From positions 122,229 through 186,228 of the forward strand of contig NMRA01000158.1 of assembly GCA_002633005.1 (NCBI GenBank): 64,000 nucleotides of DNA. Reading direction: 5' to 3'. The position numbers and the translations under genes are program-made. The notes beneath the pieces are model-generated. The model saw only the letters and a program-made list of their open reading frames with translations. It was not told where the DNA came from and did not search any database. Source of the DNA: Phoronis australis (taxonomy: Eukaryota > Animalia > Phoronida). Below, piece by piece: positions 1-13,115 of the stretch (its first letter is position 1; each line of letters begins with the position of its first letter).

Positions 1-110
1 ATTGGACTACTGGTATTTTGGTGTATGTATTTTAGTTGAGGTGAATACACCTGATTTTCATGTTGTGACGTGTCCGTTTACTGTCGTACTTGAAGGATCT
101 TTATGAAATA
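1..110. repeat. Dispersed repeat fragment, direct copy of ~12200-12305
   Basis: ctggtattttggt..ttttagttgaggtgaat..tgacgtgtccgtt..gatctttatgaaata occurs at both places, with substitutions. Confidence 0.75.
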
Positions 111-489
111 AAGTTGTCTCTGTAATTTGTAAATTAAAGCGAAGATGTCGTGATCTACATCTGTCAATAGCCTTTCACCTCTTCTATAAAATGGTTTAAC
201 CCTCTCTGTGTTACGGCGCTGAGATACGTGCTTTAAGGAAGTTGGTGGTCTAGGTTTGTAGTTCTAAAAAGGGTATGAATATAGACCCTTCTGTGATGCA
301 TCATCTTCTTAGTTGAACAGGCAAGTTCCGTCATAGACATGAGTCTGGTAAATAGAACACTAGAGGTAATGTACGCCATTGATCTAAATGCCTGGATTAT
401 TGTTTTTTCTATGATAGTGTCGTTTATGTGCCATATGAAGAGTGGTATGATTCAAGAAAATCAACAGGTTTGGTCGATCATTAAATGAA

Positions 490-1790
490 TTGCGCTTAAT
501 TGTGCTTAATTGTGCTTGAATATTCATGTATCTAAGGGCAGGTTTTTTTGTAGTCTAGTTTAAAAAAAATAAATGACGCAATACACAAAGCTTTTCACTT
601 GCAATATTAGAAACATTTCCGTAGCTGGCTCAACTCCTACTGGAGAGCGGCTTTCAAAAATCAATTTTGGTCTGTTACTAAGCGTTCCTGGCAATCTTTT
701 GTCCAGCATCAAGTGATACTGTAATAGTCCTGATTCACGTAAATGTTATTATGTCATAGGTTCCCTGCTGTAGTCCCTGTGCATATCTTTTACAAACAAC
801 AGGGTTATCTGAAAAAGGTCGTGTTTTATGCTCATTTTGAACATATAAAGCTGCTTGACTGGATCATTCCAACACGTATGTAGTCAAATGTCTTTCTAGT
901 ACCTAATCGAGTTGACACGCCCTCATCCTAATTGCTACATTCGCCTGGGAGGCTATATGAAACGTGTGGATTATTAAAAAGCACTAAAACAACCTTTTAT
1001 AATTGTCCCGTGTTCAAAACAGTTTCCTGTCCAGAAGTTTTACTCTGCACAGGGGCTGTAGACAAGGTGATCCTCTTTCTCCATATGTTTTCATTTTATG
1101 TGCTGAAATATTGGCTATCATCACGAAACAAGATAGGGGAAAATAAAGGCATTCAAATAGGAAATGATGAATTTATACTTACTCAGTATGCTGATGACAG
1201 CGTTTTTCTTAGATGGTTCACGGCGTAGTTTGGAAGCTACTATGGACGTTTTGAGTAGATATGCAGATATGTCTGGTTTGAGGGTAAATTATTCCAAAAC
1301 CAATGTTATTTGGTCGGGCAGTAAAAAAATTGTTAAGATGTTTTCCATCACGCAAGATGGAAGTTGGAATGGGGCATAACGGAATTTAAGATGCTTGGTA
1401 TCAAGTTCAGCGTTAACCTAGAAAAAATGATTGACATCAACTACAATAAGAGGATTGATGAAATCAATAATCTTATCAAAATTTTGTTTAGAAGAAAAAT
1501 CTCCTTTTTTGAAAGTTACGGTGGTGAAGACCTTGATGGTGCCAAAAATTATTTACATAATGACAACCCTGCGTACTCCATCAGACATTACTATGAATGA
1601 ATTGAACGCAAGCATCTTTAAGTTTATTTGGAATAACAAAGTTGAGAGAGTGATGAGAGATGTATATACAAATTACATCAGTCTGACTACAAAGGTTTAA
1701 ATAACTCTACCTAATTGCTTCACAGTTTGAGAACTGATATGAAACATATGAATCTTAAATAAAAAAATGAAGACATAAACTCAGCTGGCA
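490..1790. repeat. Dispersed repeat copy A (paralogue of ~17575-18950), interrupted by an L1/Tx1 fragment
   Basis: Collinear similarity from 'gcttaattgtgcttgaatattcatgta' through 'ggattattaaaaagcac', resuming at 'ttacatcagtctgact..cctaattgcttcacagtttgagaac'. Confidence 0.8.
1050..1670 (+). pseudogene. Frameshifted reverse transcriptase fragment of an L1/Tx1-clade non-LTR retrotransposon
   Basis: Motifs spread across frames: GCRQGDP-like, 'NKGIQIGNDEFILTQYADD', 'SGLRVNYSKTNVIW', 'FKMLGIKF', 'KVTVVKTL', 'IFKFIWNNK'. Confidence 0.85.
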
Positions 1791-2529
1791 CAGGTTTCAG
1801 AACATTTTAGTACTAACCAATGTGTTGAGTTATCTTAGATCTACAAAATAAGATAAAAGATCCCCTGGCACTAACGGATTTCATGTCATTTGAAATCGAA
1901 AGTGACTAGTGGTTACGTCACTTCACTACCTATGAGTAATGCCGACAAACGTCAACAAAAAGTGAATATTTGCTACTAGTTGGCCTGCAAACTGCGAATC
2001 AATTTACAAATTTATCAAATTTCGTTTTTTCTAGGCACCGAGGGTACTTTACTTTATTTCTGAAAAGTACTCGTAGTCATGGAATTAGGATACTTACTAG
2101 ACAAACAGCAGTTTGTAGTTTTGGCAGGACACCTTTTGCGAGAGTTGAAATCCAAATCTCGTTGGTTTTACAAAGCTCATTAATCTTTTATGCAGGGCTA
2201 AAAAAAAACAAAACACCGCCGATAAATCATTTTCATAACATTTTCCTTCGAAAATCGTGGTTGCCCCCTCTGCGACTTTCCAAATCTTTCAGTGTTGTAT
2301 GAACAAAATCATGTATTTTTTATTTTATCTTTGATTGTCCTGTTAACACAGAAGATGATTACTGCGGGTTAACTCTGGACTCTGTCTGAACAAACGTTAT
2401 TTTTGAGGAATCTTCAAGTGGTTTTGATGCAGGGCGTTCAAAGCGGAGGACAGTGTCAAGGTGAAATATTCATTGGCAATTACAGGCAAAGGCAAAACCA
2501 CTGGTGACCAGATTTCCGTGGACGTTATA

Positions 2530-3363
2530 CACACCGGTGACCTAAAGTCGTGAATATAAGCATAATAAGCAGTTGATTGTCATACTACCCAACGTCCGTT
2601 AGCAACAGCTCATGTGATGTCATGGACATATATATCAGCCTTCACAAATATACGTGTTTAGACAATCTCAATCCTTGTTTGTCTCCGTAAGCAGAGTTTT
2701 GAAACGGTCGCTGATATCGCCGGCCATTTTGAATGAGGCCTTAAAGTCGTGACCGTTTCGTTTAGACGGAAATGCACAACGTAAGACCACACAAGTCAAC
2801 TACAGTGCTTACAGTTACTAGACGACATCAAAACGCGTTACATTGTTTATTAATTCCGTTTCAATTGAAATAAATTGTTATATGTTTTGCACCCAACTTT
2901 GATGTGCACAGACGTTTTCAATGAGGTTGTTCTAGTAAAACGCTAAGAACCCAGCATCAATTATCTCTCTGTATTTTATTACTTTGACCAAGGAGTGTAC
3001 TAGTACTACACTCCTTGCTATGACCTTACAAAACTTGATCGACCCTGGGACATTTTGATCCATTGTTCAAGCTACCCCGTTTGAGTAAATCTGAAAGACG
3101 AATATTATTGAAAATATATCCCAAAAATGCACGAAAACGTGGATTAGTAAAATTTGCTGTTTTTAAGATACATTTGAAAGAAGAAGCCACTCACTCACTG
3201 TTAGTTATCATATTGTGAATACCAACACGTCCGGGTATTCGTTTGACGTTCGTAAGCAGACGAACGCTGGAAACTTCAACGCCAGATGTCGCGGGACCGG
3301 GCAGAAGAGGAAATAAGACCGTTCACGACTTTGGGACACTCACGACATTAGGTCCTCTGACGG
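2530..3363. mobile_element. Non-autonomous DNA transposon (Tc1/mariner-like MITE), TA flanks
   Basis: Left end ta|cacaccggtgacctaaagtcgtga and right end tcacgacattaggtcctctgacgg|ta are imperfect inverted repeats. The aagtcgtga/tcacgact motif recurs internally. Confidence 0.55.
2989..3017. mobile_element. 29-bp palindromic P-element-type remnant (TIR-only footprint) with 7-bp TSD
   Basis: ctttgac|CAAGGAGTGTACTAGTACTACACTCCTTG|ctatgac: near-perfect palindrome with CAAGG termini and a 6/7 direct flanking repeat. Confidence 0.6.
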
Positions 3364-4283
3364 TATAGCCGCCAGTGTCTCAATAACTTCATGTTGGAGA
3401 GGTAGGGCTGGCTAGTGTTATCATTTTGCTATCTGTATGCAGTTTTTTGTGACTGACAAGTGAAAAATGGCGAGACTTTCAAACAATGGGGGCTGACAAC
3501 ATGGAACCAGCTACCAGTGAGAAGATATTTCATCTGCGCAGTGGGAGGCACGGGGCAACATAGATGAATACGTGTGTGCGACTAGTTGTGAGAAGTTTAA
3601 AGACGTGAATCTAAATTACTTCCCTCTCCTCCAGAGGGCAAAAGTATCCTGTTCCAGGTGATCAGCCGTCACTTGATTATATATGTAACAAATCAAATCT
3701 TCAACGAACCCCAAAATGTGCATTTCACCTTACACATACACGTGCATTGCAGGTCACTTCCAAATTACACACGCTCAATGAACAGTAAGAAGGAAACACA
3801 CCCTTCCCTGTTGCCTGTCGCTAGAGAAGTGTCCGACACATACTGTCACGCCCGCATGCCCACGTAACAAAGGCGCACTGAGACGCAGCAAAGACATTAG
3901 CATAAGAATAAATTAACAATTATAACTAAATAAGCGTAACAATAAGCGTACAGTTACTAACGTTCCGTCACTTATAAATGGCTCCTGTTAGAAGCATGAT
4001 CAGATTTTCATCCACTACAGCGGTCACGTGAAAGACGTGAGGATGAAAAAGGCTGCTTTCAGTATGAAGTTCATAAGTATACGACAAGTATTGTATTGTT
4101 GCTCACGTTTTTTCATGACTTCTCAGCAGACTCACAATATACAGTGTATAAAATTTGAAGCAGTCTCAAGTTCAAAACATACCTTCATGCACATTGATTT
4201 CTAATAAATTGCTATACTGTGAGTCTTTGTGGTGCTTTAATAGCAAAACTACCAACATTTCGTGGGCAAAATCACAACAAATA

Positions 4284-4856
4284 TTTCTAAATGTGGTAAC
4301 TGATCTAAGTGCTAATGGACTGGCTCAAATATGACACTCCTATGTTAACTGTTCAAAAGACACGTGATCTCGCTTACACGTACCTCCTCATCCCATACGT
4401 TACTCCTCAGTATGTATACAATATTGGACCACTTTAAAGTAAAAAGTGATATTTAATGGGGCTAAAATCTGGTTTAACACTCATCGTCCAGTTAATCTAT
4501 ACATAGTAGCATGGAAAACACGAGATATCTAAATGTATTCTTTGATTTACATGCCAGTGAATTGGTTCAAGTATGACACTCCTGACGTTAACTATTCAAA
4601 ATACATGTGACCTCGGCACCACCCTTAACTTATTATCACATACCGTACAAATAACTCATTCTGCAAAAACAATGTTGGAACAAATTAAAGTCAAAAATGA
4701 TATTTAGTGTGACTGCAATCTGGTTTAACACTGGTCATCTAGTTAAGTGGTACAAAGTAGCATGGAAAAACGAGATATCTAAATGTGTTCTTTGATCTAA
4801 ATGCCAGTGAATAGTTTCAAGTACGACATTTCCAATATCAACCTTTCAAAATACAG
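4284..4856. repeat. Degenerate tandem repeat, ~245-250 bp period (about 2.5 units)
   Basis: 'tctaaatgt..tgat.ta..tgc' starts recur at ~4284, ~4527 and ~4777. 'tctggtttaacact..tagcatggaaaa' occurs twice. Confidence 0.75.
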
Positions 4857-5095
4857 AGGAGGCAGTGTGGCCTGGTTGATAAGTGCCCGCTTTCTCACTA
4901 CTCGAGGTCGTGGGTTCAAGTCCCACCAGGTCACACTGCTAAGCCCTTGAGCCAGGTTTCTAGCTCCTCAGCTCGGTTTTAACCATATTTTAATAAAGCA
5001 TAAAAATATTTCCACGTGATCAGTGCAATGGGCCCACATGCGAGGCCTGCGCACGTCTGGTACAACGTGTATCAGACCGCCTGCAATTTTTTTAA
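4857..5095 (+). mobile_element. tRNA-derived SINE with 13-bp TSD
   Basis: A-box-like tggcctggttg and B-box ggttcaagtccc, followed by 'cccttgagc'. Flanked by exact tttcaaaatacag at 4844-4856 and 5096-5108. Confidence 0.8.
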
Positions 5096-7449
5096 TTTCA
5101 AAATACAGGGCCCCTTCATCAACTTGCCATCACATATACTACCTGAAACTCGCCAGTCTGCCTAAGTCACCACCTTTTCTTAAGCTTGTACATAAATCAA
5201 CTCTCAGATAAGGCCTCGCTTTTTGGTTAATTGAGTGAATGCAATATGAATTTGAAATACCACCATCTTTAAATAAATTTAACAAAGTTTCAACCAGAAC
5301 ACTGAATAAATATCCTAAATTTTACTGACAAAATCACAACAAGTGTTGCTATATTGCATTTTGCAATTTCATCAGTTTCTACAATATCACATCAATAACA
5401 ACTGGGTAAATCACTCAGGCAACCAAACAGATTGTACAATGTTCGGGTGAAGATGAAACCTGGAGTATTCCTAGACATGACTGACTGTCAATTTCATTAT
5501 CTCCCTTACTTGACCATTTTCCAGTGCGCTTTAAGGCAGCCAAGCGTGAAAAGAAATATCCTGCTATGGTGTCAGCCAGCCTTCCTCCTTAAACTGCTTA
5601 ACCGTCTTCATCGCCTGTGCAGTTCTTGCGGGGCCTGCTTTGTTGTTCTACTTTCTGAAAAATGACAGGTAGTTTGTATCACTCTCGAATTACACACTTT
5701 TTGTAGAACTTCGCAGAGCCTAGCCACAACACAGGTGTGACTGCCTCTGAGTGACCCAAAGATTTTAGCTAAGATAATTCAGTTGACCCATGGCGTGTAA
5801 TATGTAAAACGATCCTAAGTACAACCAGAAAAACACTGTGGGTACTTGATTTATTTTTGCCAGTTTGACTGGATTCCTTTGAACAGCAAGAGGATATCGT
5901 ATGCAGATCTTAAATGTCGACATAGTGGGACTCCTAAAACATAACGGCACACTATGATTTCAAAATTCACTGACAGTCGAAGTGAAAAGAAATTGTGATG
6001 TGCAGGTTGTCTGTTAAATTTGGAATTTAGAACGCTATGACTACAGCATTCATCAACATATGTATGGGAAAAATAATTCCTGTAATGAACTAAAAAGAAG
6101 ACGCATAACAACAATAATGGTTATTGAAAAGTGAAAGTCAATGAGATATTGCATTTTCCGCTTGCAACACGTTGCCACTAGATGCACATAATCTCGGACT
6201 AAACCCACAACTAACACAAAACATTACTAGTAAGTGGACTGAATAGCTCTAGGCTAGCCTAGACGCGGACAAGTAAATGATTTGACTTAAGAACTCAAAA
6301 CTGTTCATAAGTTGTTTAGAGGTGCAGACATAGGACTACTGAATTCCACCAGTGGCACAATAAAAAACTGTCTATACTGTTCAAAACAAGTACTGTTGTT
6401 ACAGTTTTACGATGCATGCATGGTCACTCAGTTTGTGAATTTCCTGAAAGGAGAACCAGTAATTCCACTGCAGGGTACTGTATTTGAATAACAATTGTTT
6501 TTTATAGTGGTGCTAACTGGTTCTCAAATCAGATATCCATAAAACTGACTATTGCCGCTGAAGTGCTACCATCATGTGATAACTTCAAATTCAAACAAAT
6601 TAATAGTAGTACTCACCAGATCCAACAGGAAAGAACGGATTGACATTGTTGAGTTCCAGTAGAAGTAAGTTGACTTTAGACATTTCAGCCAGCATCCCCA
6701 AGTCATGCTTGGCACGTGAGCTACTGCTAATGAAATGGATGTTTGCACAGTCTACTTTGTTTCCATAGGACTCCAAGATAAGCTCAGTGTCTTGCCCTTG
6801 CCTTGGACGCATTCACACAAGTCCGGTGAACACGCATTTGTAAATTGTCCGACTCTCGTCAAAATCAGTTTCCGCAGTTTGTAGGTGTGTTGACTTGGCA
6901 CTCACTTTATGCTGCATCAAGATTTCACACATGAGCAGAAGATGATCTTTAGAGGTCTCAAACACTTCACCACACTTCATCATAACAGTTAACATTGCAA
7001 GTCAGGATCACCACCCACTTTGCCACCACTAAAGTGACATCTGCGAATTTTAATGAAATGGAAAAATACCTTTTAAAAATGCGCCTGACATAATGACACT
7101 AAACTAAATATTAATGAAACAACTTTTGAATCAAAACTATGCATTCTACTGGTGTTGTAGTGTTCCAAACAGGTATCGGTATTGAAGGTAATTTCCACTA
7201 AGGTGGTTGTCACAATCTTGAAATTCCCATAAGAAAAGGCTCCGCGCCAGATGATTTTATTGCAACAATTAACATCACTAAGATTGAAACGTCGTGTGTA
7301 AAAGTCGGGTGTTGATCAGTGTTGTGCCAGCTGAGATATACAGGCTCAAAGTGTGGCGAAATTTCAGTACTTTGTTAACCTCTGACCCCTCTATACTTTA
7401 TGCCTGAAATTTTGAACTTAGCGGCAGAGATAATGAGTATTGTTTAACA

Positions 7450-9190
7450 TTTTTGTGAAGCCGAAGACTTGCTTAATATTAAAATTACAAACAAATAATG
7501 ATTTTATGCACCGATATTTTTATTGTGCATTGCAAATAAGGCATTTTCGGTGAGTCCATTGCATGGTATACCACCAAAATAGAGGCTCCTTGATTTCTCC
7601 CCCTTAAACAAGGCAAAATGAGATTGGAATTTATTGTTTTGTTTATCATCCCAAAGGTTACTAAAATGCAAATCTGTGGCATTGGGTTTATCACCCCTCT
7701 GGGCATTTTGCCTGCTGTGAGCCGTACTTCACTCTTAAGAAGCCAAGTACCACAAATCATACAATAAAAATTGAAAGGCAAATATTGTGAAGAGTGAACA
7801 ATCCATGGCTTTCAGAGATGATTTTTTACAATTTTGTTATGAGTTCATTGAATTAAAATTTCTAACACATGGAGATGTCATTTGCATTCAAAACTAAAGC
7901 AAGATTTTGAAACTGTTCTTCAGAAATCTGGTGTGCATGAAGTTATTTGGAGAGGCAGTCTTAAGAAATGAATGTTGAAGCTACCCACAGTTGCAGTTTG
8001 TGCCCAAGTGAGAGATAAGAAAGTGAATTGAGGCTAGTATTCAATAATTCATCTGCTGACACACTAATTAAGACAGCCCATTATTACATTTTTTAATGAA
8101 ACATGTGCCCGAATCCTGCATGCCTCCAAACAGGGACTCCGACGTGTTTGACCCTTAATGGCATGCTGGCCAACTGCCTGTGTGCAGTGCTGAACCCTCT
8201 CACCCCCTATAATCGGCCATAGTTTGCTCCTTTGCGGTGGAGCTTTGCAGTTAAAATGGATGGCAATGCCCACAGCTACATTAACAGTACTCAACGATGT
8301 ACGCTGCAAGTGCAAAATGAAACATGTGTGCAGGGAAACTGATTTTGTGCTGCAATGCGGGGTTAAACAGTTCAGAATTGTGCATTTGTGACAATTGTAG
8401 TAACATCAGCAACACTGACTGCATATCTTTGGATAGTTCTTTGACAATGAAGATGAGATATTTTAAGTCAACCGTGAATAGACCGCCAGCTTCTCCAACC
8501 CCGTTTTATTTTTGTGTTATTTAAGTATGAGCTGTGAGTTTCATTCGGTGATTTAGTCACAGCAAGTACATACTTTGGTCATAGTCATGTATTTGTCTTA
8601 GACTGCTTGAATGCTAGACAACTGTCAGAATAACTTAGTGTTTTCATACACTCGATGTGTTTATAGATCCTTCAACCTTGTTGCTTTTTGTTCAACATAT
8701 TTCTGATATATTATTCAAACAAATTGTGTTTTTTCCCATTAGTCAATAGTGCAGTCACTGACACACACATTTTAATCACTCTTGGGTGTACTGTCTTATT
8801 TTGCGTATCAGACAATGCCAGAAAAACATCCTTGTAACATCCAGATTTAGTTCATATTCCTGCCACTAGGTGTAACTTTACGTTTTTTAAATTTCACTCT
8901 TTGCAAATTCTTTACAAAAGAGAGACATGTAATTTGAGTGTATTATTGTTAAATACAATGATATTGATGAGACTTGATTAGTTGTATTACAAAAAGGTGA
9001 GAAGACTGGTATTTTTACTAAGGTCTTTGGTAACTATTACATAACTTCAAAACCAATTTTGTCAAAAATATGCAACTTTATATGCTGGAACTTTTTAGAT
9101 TTTGAAAATACACTACTAAATGAATTACAAAACACCAAAATAAAATTTCCCCCTGGAGTACTCACAAAAAGTACTTTCTAGAGGACCTAA
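7450..9190 (+). mobile_element. Decayed Academ-like DNA transposon remnant (transposase C-terminus with Cys-rich finger, putative right end)
   Basis: At ~8110-8405 mixed frames give 'MPPNRD..', then 'RCKCK..CAG..CCNAGLN.SELCICDNCSN', resembling the Cys8 tail of Academ-type transposases. The region ends in ...agaggacCTA. No left end was identified. Confidence 0.45.
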
Positions 9191-9224
9191 AAACACTTGG
9201 TCCGCCGCCCATATCGGTATATCC

Positions 9225-9860
9225 TTATTTCTTACAGTTTTGCCAGTGGAAGTAATTTACTGTAGGGTGACTGGGATAAAAACTGGAAGATAATGTTTTG
9301 ATGCTTCGGTCAAGAATATTGCGAAACGTCTGTTCGACCCTTTTACGTTTGAGGTCATAGGATGGTTTCATATAGAGGGTATAATTATTAGATTTTAAAG
9401 AGGAGGTCAACGTTTTTTCTGCTTTAGAATTCATTTTCCATTTTTGTTACCAAGAGCTGATTTTATTCAAGTCGGGTTGTAGCTGCAACGCCATCTCAGG
9501 ACTGTCTCTTGCAAAGAGGTAAAAAGAGTGTGTCATCTGCATAAAGTTACACGACACGGGTTATTAGGAAGGTTATTAACATAAACCAAAATGAGAAGTG
9601 TTCCTAATACGATACCGTGTTGTACACCTGCGTATGCAAACCCAGGAGGAGATGATGTTGAAAAAACACGAACACTGTATATACAAACTAAGAGATATGA
9701 GGTATTCAGAAGATTCCCAGTAATGCCATGTGGTCGGAGATTATGGAGAAGAAGGTCATGAGCGACACAATCGAAAGCAGAATCTATATCTAGAAAAATG
9801 GAACTGACACTCGGGCACGTGACTATGTAAAACATGCTGGACACGTCTATGAAGAAATTA
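9225..9860 (-). pseudogene. Degraded RT fragment of a CR1/L2/Jockey-group LINE
   Basis: 'IFLDIDSAFDCVAHDLLLHNLRPHGITGNLL', 'GVQHGIVLGTLLILVYVNNLP', LYADD across a frameshift, 'MNSKAEKT', and 'FYP..V..W'. Confidence 0.8.
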
Positions 9861-10302
9861 GGTACCCTGTCAATTTTATTCGAAATCGCGTTGTTGCAGG
9901 GGCACGCGAAGATTGTAACGATAGGTAGGATTCTCAAAAGTCGATTTCTTTTAAAAAATGGACACCTTTTGAATTGGCACGAAAAGATTGCAACTCTAGA
10001 AAGGAGTTGAAAAACTCGACTTCTTTCCAAGAAATTAGACAGAAACAATGTCCGATTTCTTCAAACTGTCATATTACGGTGGTAAGCAACAGTTGTAAAG
10101 GTAGTGGCTTTGCAGGCCCCAGATTCTATTTCTTTAATGAACATGAATACATTTCAAATGAAATTCAAATATAAATACTTTTGAGCAATGTAGCTATAGC
10201 CACGTCTTAGATTTGTTAGCAAAGTAAATTGCACTACAATTATACAACTCTACGAGTCAGAGCCTTATCCGAAAGTCAGCACTTTACAGAAAAGTACATA
10301 AC

Positions 10303-10515
10303 CACGGGTGAGAAACAACATGACCGCCGGTCCTCTAAATCAGACTGACTCATCCAAAACAGGACCTCCGGGGATGAAATGGGACCGTCGCATCAGAAAA
10401 TGGGACTGACGCACCTAAAAACATGACCGCACCACCACAAAACAGGACCGCCGGGGACTGAACATGACCGCCGGACAATATGCGGTTTCAATCCCGGCGG
10501 TCATGTTCAGACATG
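10303..10515. mobile_element. Small MITE with subterminal repeats
   Basis: Several direct (ac)atgaccgccgg/aggaccgccgg units and a terminal inverted copy ccggcggtcatgtt. Confidence 0.5.
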
Positions 10516-13115
10516 TTTGCAAGAGCATTACTTGCTTCTTATAGGGGCTTAGTTGCCGATAAAACTCAATTAGTGGAGTCTTTAACTACAACGAATCAAA
10601 ATGCACAACCCCATGGAACGCCGTCTTGGATTGTACTCATGGTAACAGTGGCATGTGCACGTGACCAGTTGAAAAATGACACGTTTTCGAAGAAATGAGA
10701 CTGATGTCCTGTCCAATTTCTTCGAAAACACTCTGTTCCCGTAGCATTCGCAAGATTGTAACGGTAGACAGGATTTTAAAAATTGGACTCTGTTCGAGAA
10801 AATTTAATAGTGGCGTTGTCGATTTTCTTCAAAACGCCATGTTGCAATGAGCACTTACTTTCCAACGGTAAAGGAACCTCTTTTTCCAAGGAACTATGGT
10901 GGCACTATCCAATTTCTTCGAAACTCCATGATGCGGTGGCATATAAATATTGCAATGTTAAAGAGACCTTGCTAAACTCCACTTCTATGTCTTTAATGAA
11001 TACCTTTCAAGTGAAAAACAGATAAAATAATTTTAACATCCTGATGTTGTAGTGCGGCTCACTTTGCGAAGAAATCGACGACGTGGCTTTCCCACCATTG
11101 GCGTTGTGTGTTTGAACTATTTCCCTACAATGATTTGGAAAATTACTGCAGCCTGGCGCAACGCAAAACATTATAAACGTGGTCGCCTGAGATACAGTAC
11201 AATACTTACGTAACTGGGCGTTTGTGGTTGCTGTAGAGTCTGGCACGTCTTCTTGCTTCAGAGGTGGGTCTGAAACTGAAGTATGACTGACGCTTTGTTT
11301 AATTGTTGCCCTTGCGAGTTTGAAGAATAGCGGTTGTCAATTGATACATCGATTTACAGTCTCCATTGTGCCTTTATTCGTTTCAAAAGCTTTAGTTCAT
11401 CATATTTACTCTGTGCACATATTTTCGGGTCAGTAAAGGCATAATGAAGACATTATTGTTAGTCTCCGTCAGTTTGAAATGATGTTCTTGAGGCTAACTA
11501 TACCACCTCAATCCGGTCATATGAGGCTCGTGATGGCGCCTAATTGCTGTTGAAAGTTTAAACAATTAGCGAACGGATATGGAACTGTATAGGCGCCATA
11601 ACGTCCTCACAAACCCACATCACCCCACAAACTTCACAACTCCCCACAGTTACCACAACATCCCCACAACACCCCGCACAACACCCTCACAAATTCACAA
11701 CACCCGAGAAGCAACAACAACTCCCACATTCTCTCACACCAGACGCCACAACACAACGGACTTGAGTGGCGCCAGTTCCAGAAGATGGGAATATCCTCTC
11801 CACCCTGGTCCTGCCTCGTATCTGGTCTTGTCGTCGTGTACGTTACAAGCGGGCCGGGGTCGACTTTCCGTCCCTTCTGGGGTCGAACTTGGTGGTTTTG
11901 ACGAACATGACGCGCAATGTCCTTGGACTCCTCAGGCAACAAATATTCACAATACACCTTTAGAGCATACATTTTTGCACACTTACTGTTACTCCGTGGT
12001 GAATGATAGTTTGTGCCGGTCGCCGACATGTTTACCGTTACACGCGGCCGACAGTATGTTTCGTTGTTAGCGGCCTCTACTGTTACACTTGGTATCAATT
12101 AATTGTTGCCTCCGATGTTTTTCAAATCAGGAGTTTTCTGCAACGACGTGCCCGTCGACTTATGCGGTCTGCATATACCCGATGCACACAAGCATAGCAC
12201 TGAACTGGTATTTTGGTTTACATGTTTTAGTTGAGGTGAATGCACCTTACCTTCGTTTTATGACGTGTCCGTTCAAAATCGTACTTAAAAGATCTTTATG
12301 AAATATTGTACAAACGTATTCCAGTTCATATATTCTTAAGTTTGCAAACAAACTCAAGTTGTCTTTGGTTGCAAATATCATCAACCTCTAATACATTGTA
12401 TTGGAATGTTGCGAATTGCTTCTCTGTGTTTTTATCCCTGATTCACATTGCTTGCGTCGTCAGGTGGAATTTCAGGCATCAGTGCCGCTGACAAACGCCT
12501 GGTACGCCTTCTTTTGCTTGTTATAAAAGTTTTCTGAGTAGAACTTCTTTATGAACAACTTTCACGGGTTTTTTTCGTCCATTACTTTTCATTTAAGATT
12601 TCTTTTTTCAAGCATTTAGTTGCTGCAGTGGCTTTCTTTCAAAATCCGCTTGCTGGCATTGCGACTTTACAGGTAGTTCGGCCAGTTAATACACCTTAAC
12701 TCCTGACGGATAAATCAACGTTTCGTAACCAATTCAAAAATTACTGAATGCCTTTGCCGCCAACGCTTAATTCATTTGTCACGCAGTAGCTTTTCGCCGC
12801 TTGGGCGTACATTTTTCCCTCGAATCAGCTTTCACTCACGGATGTAAATACTTATCGTACAACTATACTATCACTTACATGTACATATATACTTAAGCCA
12901 ACTGGAAACGGAGAAGGTGGAGGCATTTCAATATTTCAAAATTGACTTATAGGATAGAGCTTAACATAAGGTAGACAAAATGCCGCTTTAAAGGGGAGTA
13001 CTAATAACGTCATTTTATTATCAACGAAATTTGAGTTGTTGCTCAAAGTACAAATCTCATTTTTTCCTGACGAGCTGTCCTATGATCACCTTTATGGAAA
13101 ACAGCTCAGATGAAT

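Noticed and set aside
4857-4935. Functional tRNA gene
   Set aside because: No convincing cloverleaf or acceptor stem. It continues into a SINE-like body and is bounded by a 13-bp TSD.
3349-9190. TAGGTCCTCT (3349) and AGAGGACCTA (9181) as TIRs of one 5.8-kb element
   Set aside because: The match is only 10 bp, and the 3349 copy is better explained as part of the right TIR of the 2530-3363 MITE.
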